DNA from: an uncultured Clostridia bacterium
Lineage (GTDB): Bacteria; Bacillota; Clostridia; TANB77; CAG-508
Reading direction: 5' to 3'
DNA length: 64,000 bases
NCBI GenBank assembly: GCA_934162365.1
Contig: CAKPIK010000001.1
Coordinates: 234,877-298,876 of the forward strand
The notes under the pieces are model-generated. The model saw only the letters and a list, made by a program, of their open reading frames with translations. It searched no databases and was not told the origin of the DNA. The position numbers and the translations under genes are program-made. Positions 29,847 through 38,928 of this stretch are shown piece after piece (the first letter of the stretch is position 1; every line of letters begins with the position of its first letter).

Positions 29847-30345
29847 ATTCACTTAATTTTGATGTACAATGTGGACATCTTGAAGCCTTAATATTGATTT
29901 CACTTAAACAATAAGGACAAATCTTAGTTGTTGCTTCAATTTTATCTTCTTTATCATCAGTTTTAGTTTTAGATTTTTTTGAGAATTTTTGTAATAGTTT
30001 ACTTTTAGTTTTTAATTTCTCAAATTTTTCTGATTCTTGAATTTTAGCTTCCTCTAATTTCTTATTAACTTTATTTATATATTTTACAAATAGGAACAAT
30101 GAGAAAGCGATAATTAAGAAGTTAACAACAGCAGTTATAAAAGAACCATATTTTATAGATGAATTTCCAATTTTTAAAACTAATGAAGAAAAATCCATGC
30201 TACCAGTAAAAATATTTATAAGAGGCATTATAATATCTTTAACTAAAGAATTAACAATGCTTTGGAAAGCACCACCAATTATAATACCTATGGCTAAATC
30301 AATAATATTACCTTTAAGGGCAAATTCTTTAAATTCTTTAAACAT
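29845..30345 (-). CDS. mscL: Large-conductance mechanosensitive channel MscL with a C-terminal CxxC...CxxC zinc-ribbon extension
   Basis: The N-terminus [43 protein letters not shown] is diagnostic of MscL. The C-terminus is [23 protein letters not shown] ggagg. Confidence 0.85.
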   Translation of the reverse strand: MFKEFKEFALKGNIIDLAIGIIIGGAFQSIVNSLVKDIIMPLINIFTGSMDFSSLVLKIGNSSIKYGSFITAVVNFLIIAFSLFLFVKYINKVNKKLEEAKIQESEKFEKLKTKSKLLQKFSKKSKTKTDDKEDKIEATTKICPYCLSEINIKASRCPHCTSKLSE

Positions 30346-30527
30346 AAAAAACCTCCATATATAATTATATATACATAATACGACAAAAAAATAAATAAGT
30401 CAAATATTATATGATTTATAGTAATATAGTGATTTGTTCTAATTTTAAAAAATGTAGAAAAGAGATTGTCATTGTAGACAAATAGCTTGAAAAGTTGTAT
30501 AATATAATTTGTGTTTAAGGAGCAATT

Positions 30528-33500
30528 ATGAATGCTATAATAAAAGAAATTGTAGACAATGAAAAATTTAAAGATTGCCTAGATAATATAAACAAAAAAA
30601 TAAGTCCAATAAATATATTGGGCTTAACTGACGTTGCAAAAGTTCTAAGTTTAACTGTGGCAAAAGAAACCTGTAAAAGACCAATATGTTTAATAACATA
30701 TAATGAAATACAGGCTAAAAAGCTTTTAGAAGATATTAAATATTTTAATTCAAAAGTAGTGTATCTTCCTAAAAAAGATATTGTAACTTACGATTATATT
30801 GCAGAAAGTAAAGACTTACCATATGAAAGAATAGAAGCTTTAAATAGAATATATAATGGCAGTGCAGATATTGTTGTTACTACAATTGAAGCATGCATGC
30901 AAAAAATGATAAGCCCTAAAGAGTTATATTCTAATGTAATTAAGTTTGAATTTAACAAAGAATATAAATTTGAAGAAATAAAAGAAAAATTAGTTAAATT
31001 AGGTTATGAAAGAGCTGAACTTATTGAAGGAAAAGGACAATTTAGTGTTAGAGGAGACATTATAGATATTGCAATTACAACCAATAAAGGGGTTAGGGTT
31101 GAATTTTGGGGAGATGAAATAGATTCAATAAGATACTTTAATATTTCTTCACAAAGGTCAATAGAAGAGTTAAATGAAATAGTTATATATCCAGCACACG
31201 AATATATAGTAACAAATAACATAGAAAACATAGTGAATAATATAAGAGATAAATATATAGGTGAATATGTTCAAGAAGATATAGAATTAATAAAAGAAGG
31301 AAATTATATTTCTAAAATTGATAAATATTTAACTTGTTTTTATAATAAAACTGCAAATGTATTAGATTATTTAAAAAGTAATGCAATAATATTTTTAGAT
31401 GAAATAGGAAAAATAAAAACAAGAGCAGAGAATATTAGTAAAGATACTCAAATGTTAATTCAAACTTTAACAGAAAAAGAAAAAAGCGTTCCAGAGATTT
31501 TACAATACCTAGAAAGCTATGAATCAGTAGAAGGAAAAATAACCAAGTATCAAAATGTATTTTTAGAAAAACAAGATATAGCTTTTAATAGACCCAATAT
31601 GTATAGATTTACTTTTAAAGAGCTTAACTTTTATAAATCTTCAATTGATTTACTAGTAAATAAAACAATTGAAAGTTTATCTGACAATAAAAAAGTAATA
31701 ATATTAACAGGAAATGAAGATAATAGTAAGAAGTTAATTGCGTTATTGGGTGAAAAAGAAATACCACATAAATATGTAGAAAACTTAAATGTCCCAATTA
31801 GTAATGGAATAGTAATGGTTTCTAAAGGAACATTATCTTCTGGATTTGAATGCTTTGATAATAATTTAATTGTAATAACAAGTCAAGAATTATTTAGTAC
31901 AGAAAAGAAAAAAAGAAAATCTTCTTCTGTTTTTAAACAAGCAGAAAAAGTAGTATTTGCAGACTTAGAAATAGGAGATTATGTTGTTCATAGAACTAAT
32001 GGTATAGGTCAATTTATAGGAGTAAATACTATAAAAACAGGTGACGTTACAAAAGATTATATAAAAATAAAATATAAAGGTGAAGATATATTATATGTTC
32101 CAACTAATTCACTAGATAATGTTAGAAAATATATTGGTGGAGGAGAAGCAGCTCCTAAACTAAATAGATTAGGAAGCAAAGAATGGGAACACACAAAGGC
32201 AAAAGTTAAGGCTAATTTAAGAGAAGTTGCAAAAGAATTAATAGAATTATATGCAAAAAGAAAAAAGGCAAAAGGATATGCATTTTCTGCTGATTCAGCA
32301 TGGCAAAAACAATTTGAAGATAGTTTTCCATATACAGAAACAGAAGATCAATTAAGATGTATTGAAGAAGTAAAAAAAGACATGGAAACATCAATGCCAA
32401 TGGATAGATTGCTTTGTGGAGATGTTGGATATGGTAAAACAGAAGTTGCAATAAGAGCAGCATTTAAAGCTGTAATGGATCAAAAGCAAGTAGCTTATTT
32501 AGTCCCAACAACTGTACTTGCAAACCAACAATATGAAACATTTAAAGAAAGAATGAAAGATTTTCCAATAAGAGTTGAATTATTAAACAGATTTAAAACT
32601 CAGAAAGAACAAAAAGAAATAGTTAAAAAACTAGAACTAGGGGAAATTGATGTTGTAATAGGAACTCACAGAATTCTAAGTAAAGATGTGATATTTAAAG
32701 ATTTAGGGCTGTTAATAATTGATGAAGAGCATAGATTTGGTGTAAAAGATAAAGAAAAGATTAAAGAAATAAAAACAAATGTAGATGTTTTAACAATGAC
32801 TGCAACTCCAATACCAAGAACCTTACATATGTCTATTGTTGGAATAAGAGATATGTCTGTTATATACGAACCACCACAAAATAGAAAGCCAGTTCAAACA
32901 TATGTATTAGAATATGATGAAGAGGTTATAAAAGAGGCCATAACAAAAGAATTAGAAAAAGGTGGGCAAGTATTTTATTTATTTAATAATGTTGAAAAGA
33001 TAGTTGCAAAAGCAGAAAAAATTGCAGACTTGGTTCCAGAAGCAAAGGTTGAATACGCACATGGTCAAATGAGTGGTAAAGAACTAGAAGAAATAATGGA
33101 GAGATTTGTTGCTGGAGAAATCAATGTTCTTGTATGTACTACAATATTAGAATCTGGAATAGATATACCAAATGCAAATACAATTATTGTTGAAAATGCA
33201 GATAGATTAGGCTTGGCACAATTGTATCAAATTCGTGGAAGAGTTGGAAGAAGTAATGCTCAAGCATATGCATATATAACATATAGAAAAGATAAAATGC
33301 TATCAGAAGTAGCGGATAAGAGATTAAAAACAATAAAAGAATTTACTGAATTTGGTTCTGGATTTAAAATTGCCATGAGAGACTTAGAAATTCGTGGTGC
33401 AGGAAGTTTACTTGGAGAAATACAACATGGACATATGGAACAAGTAGGATATGACACATATTGCAATTTACTAGATGAAGTCGTAAAAAATATGCAAGGT

Positions 33501-33953
33501 ATAGAAGTAGAAGAAGAAAGAGATATACAAATAGACTTAAATGTTTCTTGTTATATACCAGATACATATATAGAAGTAACAGCACAAAAAATAGAGATGT
33601 ATCAAAATATTGCACTAGCAAAAACAGAAGAAGATATAGCAGATGTAATAGATGAAGCAACAGACAGATATGGAACAATGCCAAAAGAAGTTGAAAACTT
33701 AATTGAAATAGCAAGAATAAAAATGCTATGCAAAGAGAAAAATATATTTAAAATAACACAAAGAATGAATAATATAGTATTTTACTTTGATCCTAAGTTA
33801 TTTAATATGGATGTAGTAGATGCATTAGTAAAAGAATATAAGGATAATTTAAGATTTTCAGCAGGAACAGAACCATATATAACATTAAAATTAAAGGATA
33901 ATAATAGTAAAGTAATATTAGCGGAAACTAAAAAATTTTTAAGTATTGTATAA
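30528..33953 (+). CDS. mfd: Transcription-repair coupling factor
   Basis: 1141 aa. Contains the UvrB-homology region, the superfamily-2 helicase motifs (GDVGYGKTEVA, DEEHRFG, the TATPIPRTL segment) and the TRCF C-terminal domain. Confidence 0.9.
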   Translation: MNAIIKEIVDNEKFKDCLDNINKKISPINILGLTDVAKVLSLTVAKETCKRPICLITYNEIQAKKLLEDIKYFNSKVVYLPKKDIVTYDYIAESKDLPYERIEALNRIYNGSADIVVTTIEACMQKMISPKELYSNVIKFEFNKEYKFEEIKEKLVKLGYERAELIEGKGQFSVRGDIIDIAITTNKGVRVEFWGDEIDSIRYFNISSQRSIEELNEIVIYPAHEYIVTNNIENIVNNIRDKYIGEYVQEDIELIKEGNYISKIDKYLTCFYNKTANVLDYLKSNAIIFLDEIGKIKTRAENISKDTQMLIQTLTEKEKSVPEILQYLESYESVEGKITKYQNVFLEKQDIAFNRPNMYRFTFKELNFYKSSIDLLVNKTIESLSDNKKVIILTGNEDNSKKLIALLGEKEIPHKYVENLNVPISNGIVMVSKGTLSSGFECFDNNLIVITSQELFSTEKKKRKSSSVFKQAEKVVFADLEIGDYVVHRTNGIGQFIGVNTIKTGDVTKDYIKIKYKGEDILYVPTNSLDNVRKYIGGGEAAPKLNRLGSKEWEHTKAKVKANLREVAKELIELYAKRKKAKGYAFSADSAWQKQFEDSFPYTETEDQLRCIEEVKKDMETSMPMDRLLCGDVGYGKTEVAIRAAFKAVMDQKQVAYLVPTTVLANQQYETFKERMKDFPIRVELLNRFKTQKEQKEIVKKLELGEIDVVIGTHRILSKDVIFKDLGLLIIDEEHRFGVKDKEKIKEIKTNVDVLTMTATPIPRTLHMSIVGIRDMSVIYEPPQNRKPVQTYVLEYDEEVIKEAITKELEKGGQVFYLFNNVEKIVAKAEKIADLVPEAKVEYAHGQMSGKELEEIMERFVAGEINVLVCTTILESGIDIPNANTIIVENADRLGLAQLYQIRGRVGRSNAQAYAYITYRKDKMLSEVADKRLKTIKEFTEFGSGFKIAMRDLEIRGAGSLLGEIQHGHMEQVGYDTYCNLLDEVVKNMQGIEVEEERDIQIDLNVSCYIPDTYIEVTAQKIEMYQNIALAKTEEDIADVIDEATDRYGTMPKEVENLIEIARIKMLCKEKNIFKITQRMNNIVFYFDPKLFNMDVVDALVKEYKDNLRFSAGTEPYITLKLKDNNSKVILAETKKFLSIV

Positions 33954-33965
33954 GGGAGACAAGTT

Positions 33966-34757
33966 ATGCAAATTATTACAAGTAAAGATAATGAAATAAT
34001 AAAAAATATTAGAAAGCTAAAAGAAAAAAAATATAGAGACTTAAGTAATTCATATATTATTGAGGGAATAAAGTTAATAAAAGAAGCAATTACAGAAAAC
34101 AAACAAATAAAACAGATTGTTGTTTGTGAAGAAAATATTAATAATGGAGGAATAGACCAGAAACTTTTATATGAAATTGCTAAATATGAGTGTATATATG
34201 TTACTAAAAAAATATTTTCTTTAATAAGTGATGTTCAAAATCCACAAGGAATAATGGCTATTATTGAAAAACAAAATTCTGAAGATAACATAGATTACAA
34301 AGAAGATGTAATTGTTGTGTTAGATGGAATACAAGATCCAGGAAATTTAGGAACTATTTTAAGAACAATAGATAGTGTAGGGTTAAAGCAAGTTATTGTA
34401 TCTAAAGAGACAGCAGATGCATATAATCCAAAAGTTGTACGTTCTACAATGGGAGCAATATTTAGAGTAAATATAATTGAAAGTGATAATTTAATAGAAA
34501 CTTTAAAAAATTTAAAAAAACATAAATATAAGGTGATGGCAACATCATTAGAAACAAATAACAATATATATGATGTAGATTATAATAAAAAGGTTATTGT
34601 TATAGGAAATGAGGCAAATGGTGTATCACAAGAAATTCTGGATTTTGCAGATGAAAAAATAAAAATACCAATGCTTGGAAGAACAGAAAGTTTGAATGCG
34701 TCAGTTGCAACATCAATAATTCTGTATGAATATGTAAGAAGAAAAATAAAAGAATAA
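33966..34757 (+). CDS. TrmH/SpoU-family RNA 2'-O-methyltransferase (RlmB-like)
   Basis: SpoU motifs VVLDGIQDPGNLGTILRT and VIGNEANGVS, with an N-terminal substrate-binding domain. Confidence 0.75.
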   Translation: MQIITSKDNEIIKNIRKLKEKKYRDLSNSYIIEGIKLIKEAITENKQIKQIVVCEENINNGGIDQKLLYEIAKYECIYVTKKIFSLISDVQNPQGIMAIIEKQNSEDNIDYKEDVIVVLDGIQDPGNLGTILRTIDSVGLKQVIVSKETADAYNPKVVRSTMGAIFRVNIIESDNLIETLKNLKKHKYKVMATSLETNNNIYDVDYNKKVIVIGNEANGVSQEILDFADEKIKIPMLGRTESLNASVATSIILYEYVRRKIKE

Positions 34758-34790
34758 AGCACTGATTTTTCAGTGCTTTATTCTTTATTT
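34756..34790. terminator. Bidirectional terminator
   Basis: AGCACTG ATTTTT CAGTGCT TTATTCTTT. Confidence 0.55.
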
Positions 34791-35320
34791 GTTAATAAAT
34801 TAATTATTTTTGGATAAATATTTATTGCATTTTCTTTCCAATTATCAGAGATTGCTTTTGCTTGTTCACGTGAACCAGCAAAGGTTGAAACTTCAAATAC
34901 AGTTTTATTTTTTTCTACAATTTTACAAGTTACATTGAAAAGATTATCATCTTCAGGCATAAACTCTGAAACAATAGAAACTTCTTCTTCGATATTGTCT
35001 AATTCACCTTTTATTGTACTATCAATTTTTAATTTTATAATACCAGGGATTAAATCTTTTGTTAATTCTAAAGTGGATTTTCCTGCACTTGTAAGTCTAT
35101 ATATTGGTTCAGAATTTTCTTCTTGTCTATATTCTTCAATATATTTATTTTCTAATAAATCTAAAATAAATTGTTGAAAATAAAAATAATTCATATCTTC
35201 AATAGATAGAACAAGTTGCAATAATTCATTATTACTAACAGGAGTATCTATCTTGTTTAAAATATATAAAATTAATACTTTGTTTTCTGCTAAAGTTTCA
35301 TTGTCAGATGTTAGTTTCAT
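34778..35320 (-). CDS. Hypothetical protein (180 aa)
   Basis: RBS ggagac precedes the ATG. No family recognised with confidence. Confidence 0.45.
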   Translation of the reverse strand: MKLTSDNETLAENKVLILYILNKIDTPVSNNELLQLVLSIEDMNYFYFQQFILDLLENKYIEEYRQEENSEPIYRLTSAGKSTLELTKDLIPGIIKLKIDSTIKGELDNIEEEVSIVSEFMPEDDNLFNVTCKIVEKNKTVFEVSTFAGSREQAKAISDNWKENAINIYPKIINLLTNKE

Positions 35321-35343
35321 TGTTTGTCTCCAATCTTTTATTT

Positions 35344-35931
35344 CTATACATTTATATATTTTTCTAGTTTATCCCAAACTGACTCTGTATAAATTTTTTT
35401 CTCAGAAGAGAATGGAAGAATTATATCTGTTTCGTTTGCTTGTAAATTTTCTTTCAAATCTTCTACATAAGAATTAACTTTTGTAGGAGCAATTTTGTCA
35501 GCTTTATTTGCTAAAACAATATACGGTGTGCCTATGCTTCTTATATAGTTAAACATGAGAATATCATTTTCACTTGGTTTATGACGAATATCAATTAAAA
35601 GAATAATTAAAGCAATCTTTTTTCTAGTAAATAAATATTCTTCAATAAACTTGCCAACTTGTTCTTGTTGTGCATGTGACATTTTGCTATATCCAAATCC
35701 AGGCAAATCAACAAAATAAAATTTAGAATCTATATTATAAAAATTAATTTGTCTTGTTTTTCCTGGTTGACTACTTGTCCTAGCTAAGCTTTTTCTATTT
35801 AACATAGTGTTAATAAAAGAAGATTTTCCAACATTAGATTTACCAGCTAAAACAATTTCAGGTAAATCATTATTAGGATATTGCTTAGGACCAACAGCAG
35901 AAATTTCAAATTTAGGATTCTTTATTATCAT
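35344..35931 (-). CDS. engB: Ribosome biogenesis GTP-binding protein YsxC/EngB
   Basis: G1 motif GKSNVGKSSFIN, a DLPG G3 motif and NKADK (G4). The start is placed at the second ATG (MIIKN...), which has RBS aaagga. The ORF extends to 35946. Confidence 0.8.
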   Translation of the reverse strand: MIIKNPKFEISAVGPKQYPNNDLPEIVLAGKSNVGKSSFINTMLNRKSLARTSSQPGKTRQINFYNIDSKFYFVDLPGFGYSKMSHAQQEQVGKFIEEYLFTRKKIALIILLIDIRHKPSENDILMFNYIRSIGTPYIVLANKADKIAPTKVNSYVEDLKENLQANETDIILPFSSEKKIYTESVWDKLEKYINV

Positions 35932-35953
35932 TGTATATCCTTTCAAAAATCAT

Positions 35954-37240
35954 TTATTTCTTAGGTACTAATTTTTCTGTACCACCCATGTAAGGTCTTA
36001 ATACTTCTGGAATATTTACGCTTCCATCTTCATTATAATTATTTTCTAAAAATGCAATTAGCATACGAGGTGGAGCAACTACTGTGTTATTTAATGTATG
36101 TGCTAGGTAATTTCCTTTTTCACCTTTTATACGTATTCCTAATCTTCTACTTTGTGCATCTGTTAAGTTAGAACAGCTTCCAACTTCAAAGTATTTTTGT
36201 TGTCTTGGACTCCAAGCTTCTACATCAACACTTTTTGCTTTTAAATCTGCTAAGTCTCCACTGCAACATTCTAATGTACGAACTGGAATATCCATGCTTC
36301 TAAATAATTCAACTGTGTATGACCATAATTTGTCATACCATTTGTAGCTATCTTCTGGTTCACATACAACTATCATTTCTTGTTTTTCAAATTGATGGAT
36401 TCTGTAAACACCACGTTCTTCTATACCATGAGCACCTTTTTCTTTTCTGAAACATGGAGAATATGATGTCATGGTATATGGCATATTTTCTTTATTTAAA
36501 ATTTGACCTTTAAATTTACCTATCATTGAATGTTCACTTGTACCAATTAAGTATAAATCTTCGCCTTCTATTTTGTACATCATAGCATCCATTTCTTCGA
36601 AGCTCATAACACCATCTACGACATCACTTCTAATCATATATGGTGGTATACAATAAGTAAAACCTTTATTAATCATAAAATCTCTTGCATAAGATAATAT
36701 CGCAGAATGTAATCTTGCAATATCGCCAACTAAATAATAAAAGCCATTTCCTGCAACACGTCTAGCTGAGTCTAAATCTAACCCACTAAAGCTTTCCATT
36801 ATATCTGCATGATATGGTATTTCGTAATTTGGCACAACAGGTTCGCCGAATTTTTGTACTTCAACATTTTGGCTATCATCTTTTCCAATAGGAACAGATT
36901 CGTGCATAATGTTAGGAATTTTCATCATTCTAGTTTTTATTTCTTCTGCATATTGCTCTTCTTTTTTCTCGTTTTCTACAAGTTCATTATTTATTTCCTG
37001 AACTTTAGCTTTAATACTCTCAGCTTCTTCTTTTTTGCCTTCTTTCATTAAGCTTCCTATTTGATTACTTAATGTTTTTCTTTCATTTCTTAGTTCATCA
37101 CCATGCATCATGGCTTCTCTATTTTTTTTATCTAAATCAATTACCTCATCAACCAATACTAATTTATGGTTTTGAAATTTTTTCTTTATATTTTCCTTAA
37201 CTATATCAGGATTTTCTCTTAAAAATTTTATATCTATCAT
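35954..37240 (-). CDS. serS: Seryl-tRNA synthetase
   Basis: N-terminal coiled-coil arm and class II aaRS motifs (FRKEKGAHGIEERGVYRIHQFEKQE, GSCSNLTDAQSRRL). 428 aa. Confidence 0.9.
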   Translation of the reverse strand: MIDIKFLRENPDIVKENIKKKFQNHKLVLVDEVIDLDKKNREAMMHGDELRNERKTLSNQIGSLMKEGKKEEAESIKAKVQEINNELVENEKKEEQYAEEIKTRMMKIPNIMHESVPIGKDDSQNVEVQKFGEPVVPNYEIPYHADIMESFSGLDLDSARRVAGNGFYYLVGDIARLHSAILSYARDFMINKGFTYCIPPYMIRSDVVDGVMSFEEMDAMMYKIEGEDLYLIGTSEHSMIGKFKGQILNKENMPYTMTSYSPCFRKEKGAHGIEERGVYRIHQFEKQEMIVVCEPEDSYKWYDKLWSYTVELFRSMDIPVRTLECCSGDLADLKAKSVDVEAWSPRQQKYFEVGSCSNLTDAQSRRLGIRIKGEKGNYLAHTLNNTVVAPPRMLIAFLENNYNEDGSVNIPEVLRPYMGGTEKLVPKK

Positions 37241-37249
37241 AATAATCTC

Positions 37250-37510
37250 CTAAACTAAATAATTTTTACTTAAATCTTCTACTAATTCAAATCTGTGCTT
37301 TTGACCAGTTATATTATCTGGTCTTTCAGGTATTTCCTCTAAAAACATTTTTAAAGGTCTAACCCAAATGTAGCAGTTATCTTCTCTAGGGTATAAAGGC
37401 TTATAAATAACAACATCTTCTTGCGATTCCGAGTCTTTACCAACATTTTCTACAAAATAATAATTTCCTTTAAAATGCCTGTAAACTTTTCCAATTTTTA
37501 TACTTTCCAT
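37250..37510 (-). CDS. DUF1653 domain protein
   Basis: YRHFKGNYYFV...WVRPLKMF matches the DUF1653 core. The gene is 9 nt upstream of serS. Confidence 0.65.
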   Translation of the reverse strand: MESIKIGKVYRHFKGNYYFVENVGKDSESQEDVVIYKPLYPREDNCYIWVRPLKMFLEEIPERPDNITGQKHRFELVEDLSKNYLV

Positions 37511-37658
37511 AATACCCCCTTAATTATAAATATCTACATAATTTTACCATTTATTAGTACGAAAATCAATACAAATGCGGAGATAAATTGCAATTTATGT
37601 GTGGAAGAATGTAATAATTCTATTGGACGAGCATATAATAAAAAATAGGAGGAAAATT

Positions 37659-37946
37659 ATGCAAGAAGAATTTTTAAAAGAAGAAAAGAAAATGATTAGT
37701 AAAAATGATAAAGAGTTTAATACAATATTAATTCAAAGTATAATAAATACTTATAATAGTCTCGAAGTTGCAAGAAAAAATTATGAATTTGCAGAAGATG
37801 ATTTAATTGATTATTATTTATATGAAATGAAAGCAAATCAAGCAAAGCTTAATTATTTATTAAAGCAATCAAAAAGAAATGGAATAGAGCTAGATAGAAT
37901 TGAAAAAATTCAAATAATGAATTTAGAGGAAAACCAAGTAAGTTAA
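37659..37946 (+). CDS. Hypothetical small protein
   Basis: RBS ataggaggaaaattatg. The ORF track begins at 37599, but the RBS-supported start is 37659. Confidence 0.4.
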   Translation: MQEEFLKEEKKMISKNDKEFNTILIQSIINTYNSLEVARKNYEFAEDDLIDYYLYEMKANQAKLNYLLKQSKRNGIELDRIEKIQIMNLEENQVS

Positions 37947-37984
37947 AAAAATGCTTTATTTGTGTTTGCATATAAAATGTAATT

Positions 37985-38251
37985 TTATATAGAAGTCATT
38001 AATAACATTACTGACAAAAATGAGAAATATATAAATACAAATAAAGCAAGACCAATAATTCCTAAGATTAAGCCTGCTTTTCCAATGTTGCTGTTTGCTT
38101 TATTAATAGATTTTTTCCCCAATATTATAGCTAAAATACCTGTTGGAAGTGAAATATACCAAAACATTAAACATACTATAGAAATTATGCCTAATATTAA
38201 TGAAACAGTACCCATAGAAAACTTGTCTTTTAACTCTTTTTTTTCGTTCAT
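37985..38251 (-). CDS. Small membrane protein (DUF4190-like)
   Basis: Two TM helices with GILAIILG and GLILGIIGLALF, as in DUF4190 proteins. Confidence 0.4.
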   Translation of the reverse strand: MNEKKELKDKFSMGTVSLILGIISIVCLMFWYISLPTGILAIILGKKSINKANSNIGKAGLILGIIGLALFVFIYFSFLSVMLLMTSI

Positions 38252-38524
38252 ATTTAATTACCTCCTTAAATTTAGTTTTGTTATGAATTTTATATTGTCT
38301 AAATTATTTAATTGTATTGTACCTTCCTAAAATATTATTTTTTATTTTAATAAAATATTTAAGAACATCTTATTTGTTTATTATTTAAATTTTATCATAT
38401 AAGGATTTTAAATACAATGAATTATTTTAATGTTTTAAATATTGTTTAGATATTTGTTAATGAATATTTGTCATAAACAATAAATACAATTAATATTATT
38501 AAAAAAGGACAGGTGGTATATATT

Positions 38525-38791
38525 ATGAATTTTGAATTTAATAATATTATTGCATATATAGCTTGTATTTTTTTCTTGTTTATTTTTGGAAAGATTTTTA
38601 TAATTCCAATAAAAACTATACTGAAATTAATACTTAATTCAATTTTAGGTGGGATTATTATATATATAATTAATTTAGTTGGAAATGTATTTAATTTTCA
38701 TATTGGATTAAATATTTTAACTGCTATATTTGTAGGAATACTGGGAATACCAGGAGCAATAATTTTAATAATATTTAAAATCTTTTTATGA
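38525..38791 (+). CDS. bofA: Pro-sigma-K processing inhibitor BofA
   Basis: About 88 aa with two TM helices. The conserved C-terminus is LNSILGGIIIYIINLVG...GLNILTAIFVGILGIPGAIILI, as in B. subtilis BofA. A candidate sigma-E promoter lies upstream. Confidence 0.65.
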   Translation: MNFEFNNIIAYIACIFFLFIFGKIFIIPIKTILKLILNSILGGIIIYIINLVGNVFNFHIGLNILTAIFVGILGIPGAIILIIFKIFL

Positions 38792-38818
38792 TTTTTATAA
38801 ATAATGAAATGAATAATG

Positions 38819-38892
38819 TTGAAAAAAGGCAAAAAATATAGTATAATTGCAACGTAAACAGTTTACGTTAAGAACAGTAATACTGTTCTTAA
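38819..38892 (+). promoter_or_regulatory. Perfect sigma-A promoter (TTGAAA, 17-nt spacer, TATAAT) followed by two perfect palindromes (20 bp and 25 bp) at the predicted TSS/leader of the PIN-PhoH gene
   Basis: The -35 is at 38819-38824 and the -10 at 38842-38847. Palindrome 1 is AACGTAAACAGTTTACGTT (38851-38869). Palindrome 2 is TTAAGAACAGTAATACTGTTCTTAA (38868-38892). Confidence 0.45.
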
Positions 38893-38928
38893 AAGCTTTT
38901 ACGAAAATATTTTATAGGAGGAATATTT

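Noticed and set aside
37511-37658. Expected T-box leader upstream of serS
   Set aside because: serS is preceded directly by the DUF1653 gene, and the 148-nt region further upstream lacks the T-box consensus (AATTAGGGTGGNACCGCG). No T-box is called.
38868-38892. LexA (Cheo) box interpretation of the GAAC…GTTC palindrome
   Set aside because: The Firmicute SOS box is GAAC-N4-GTTC and this one is GAAC-N9-GTTC, so it is not a LexA site.
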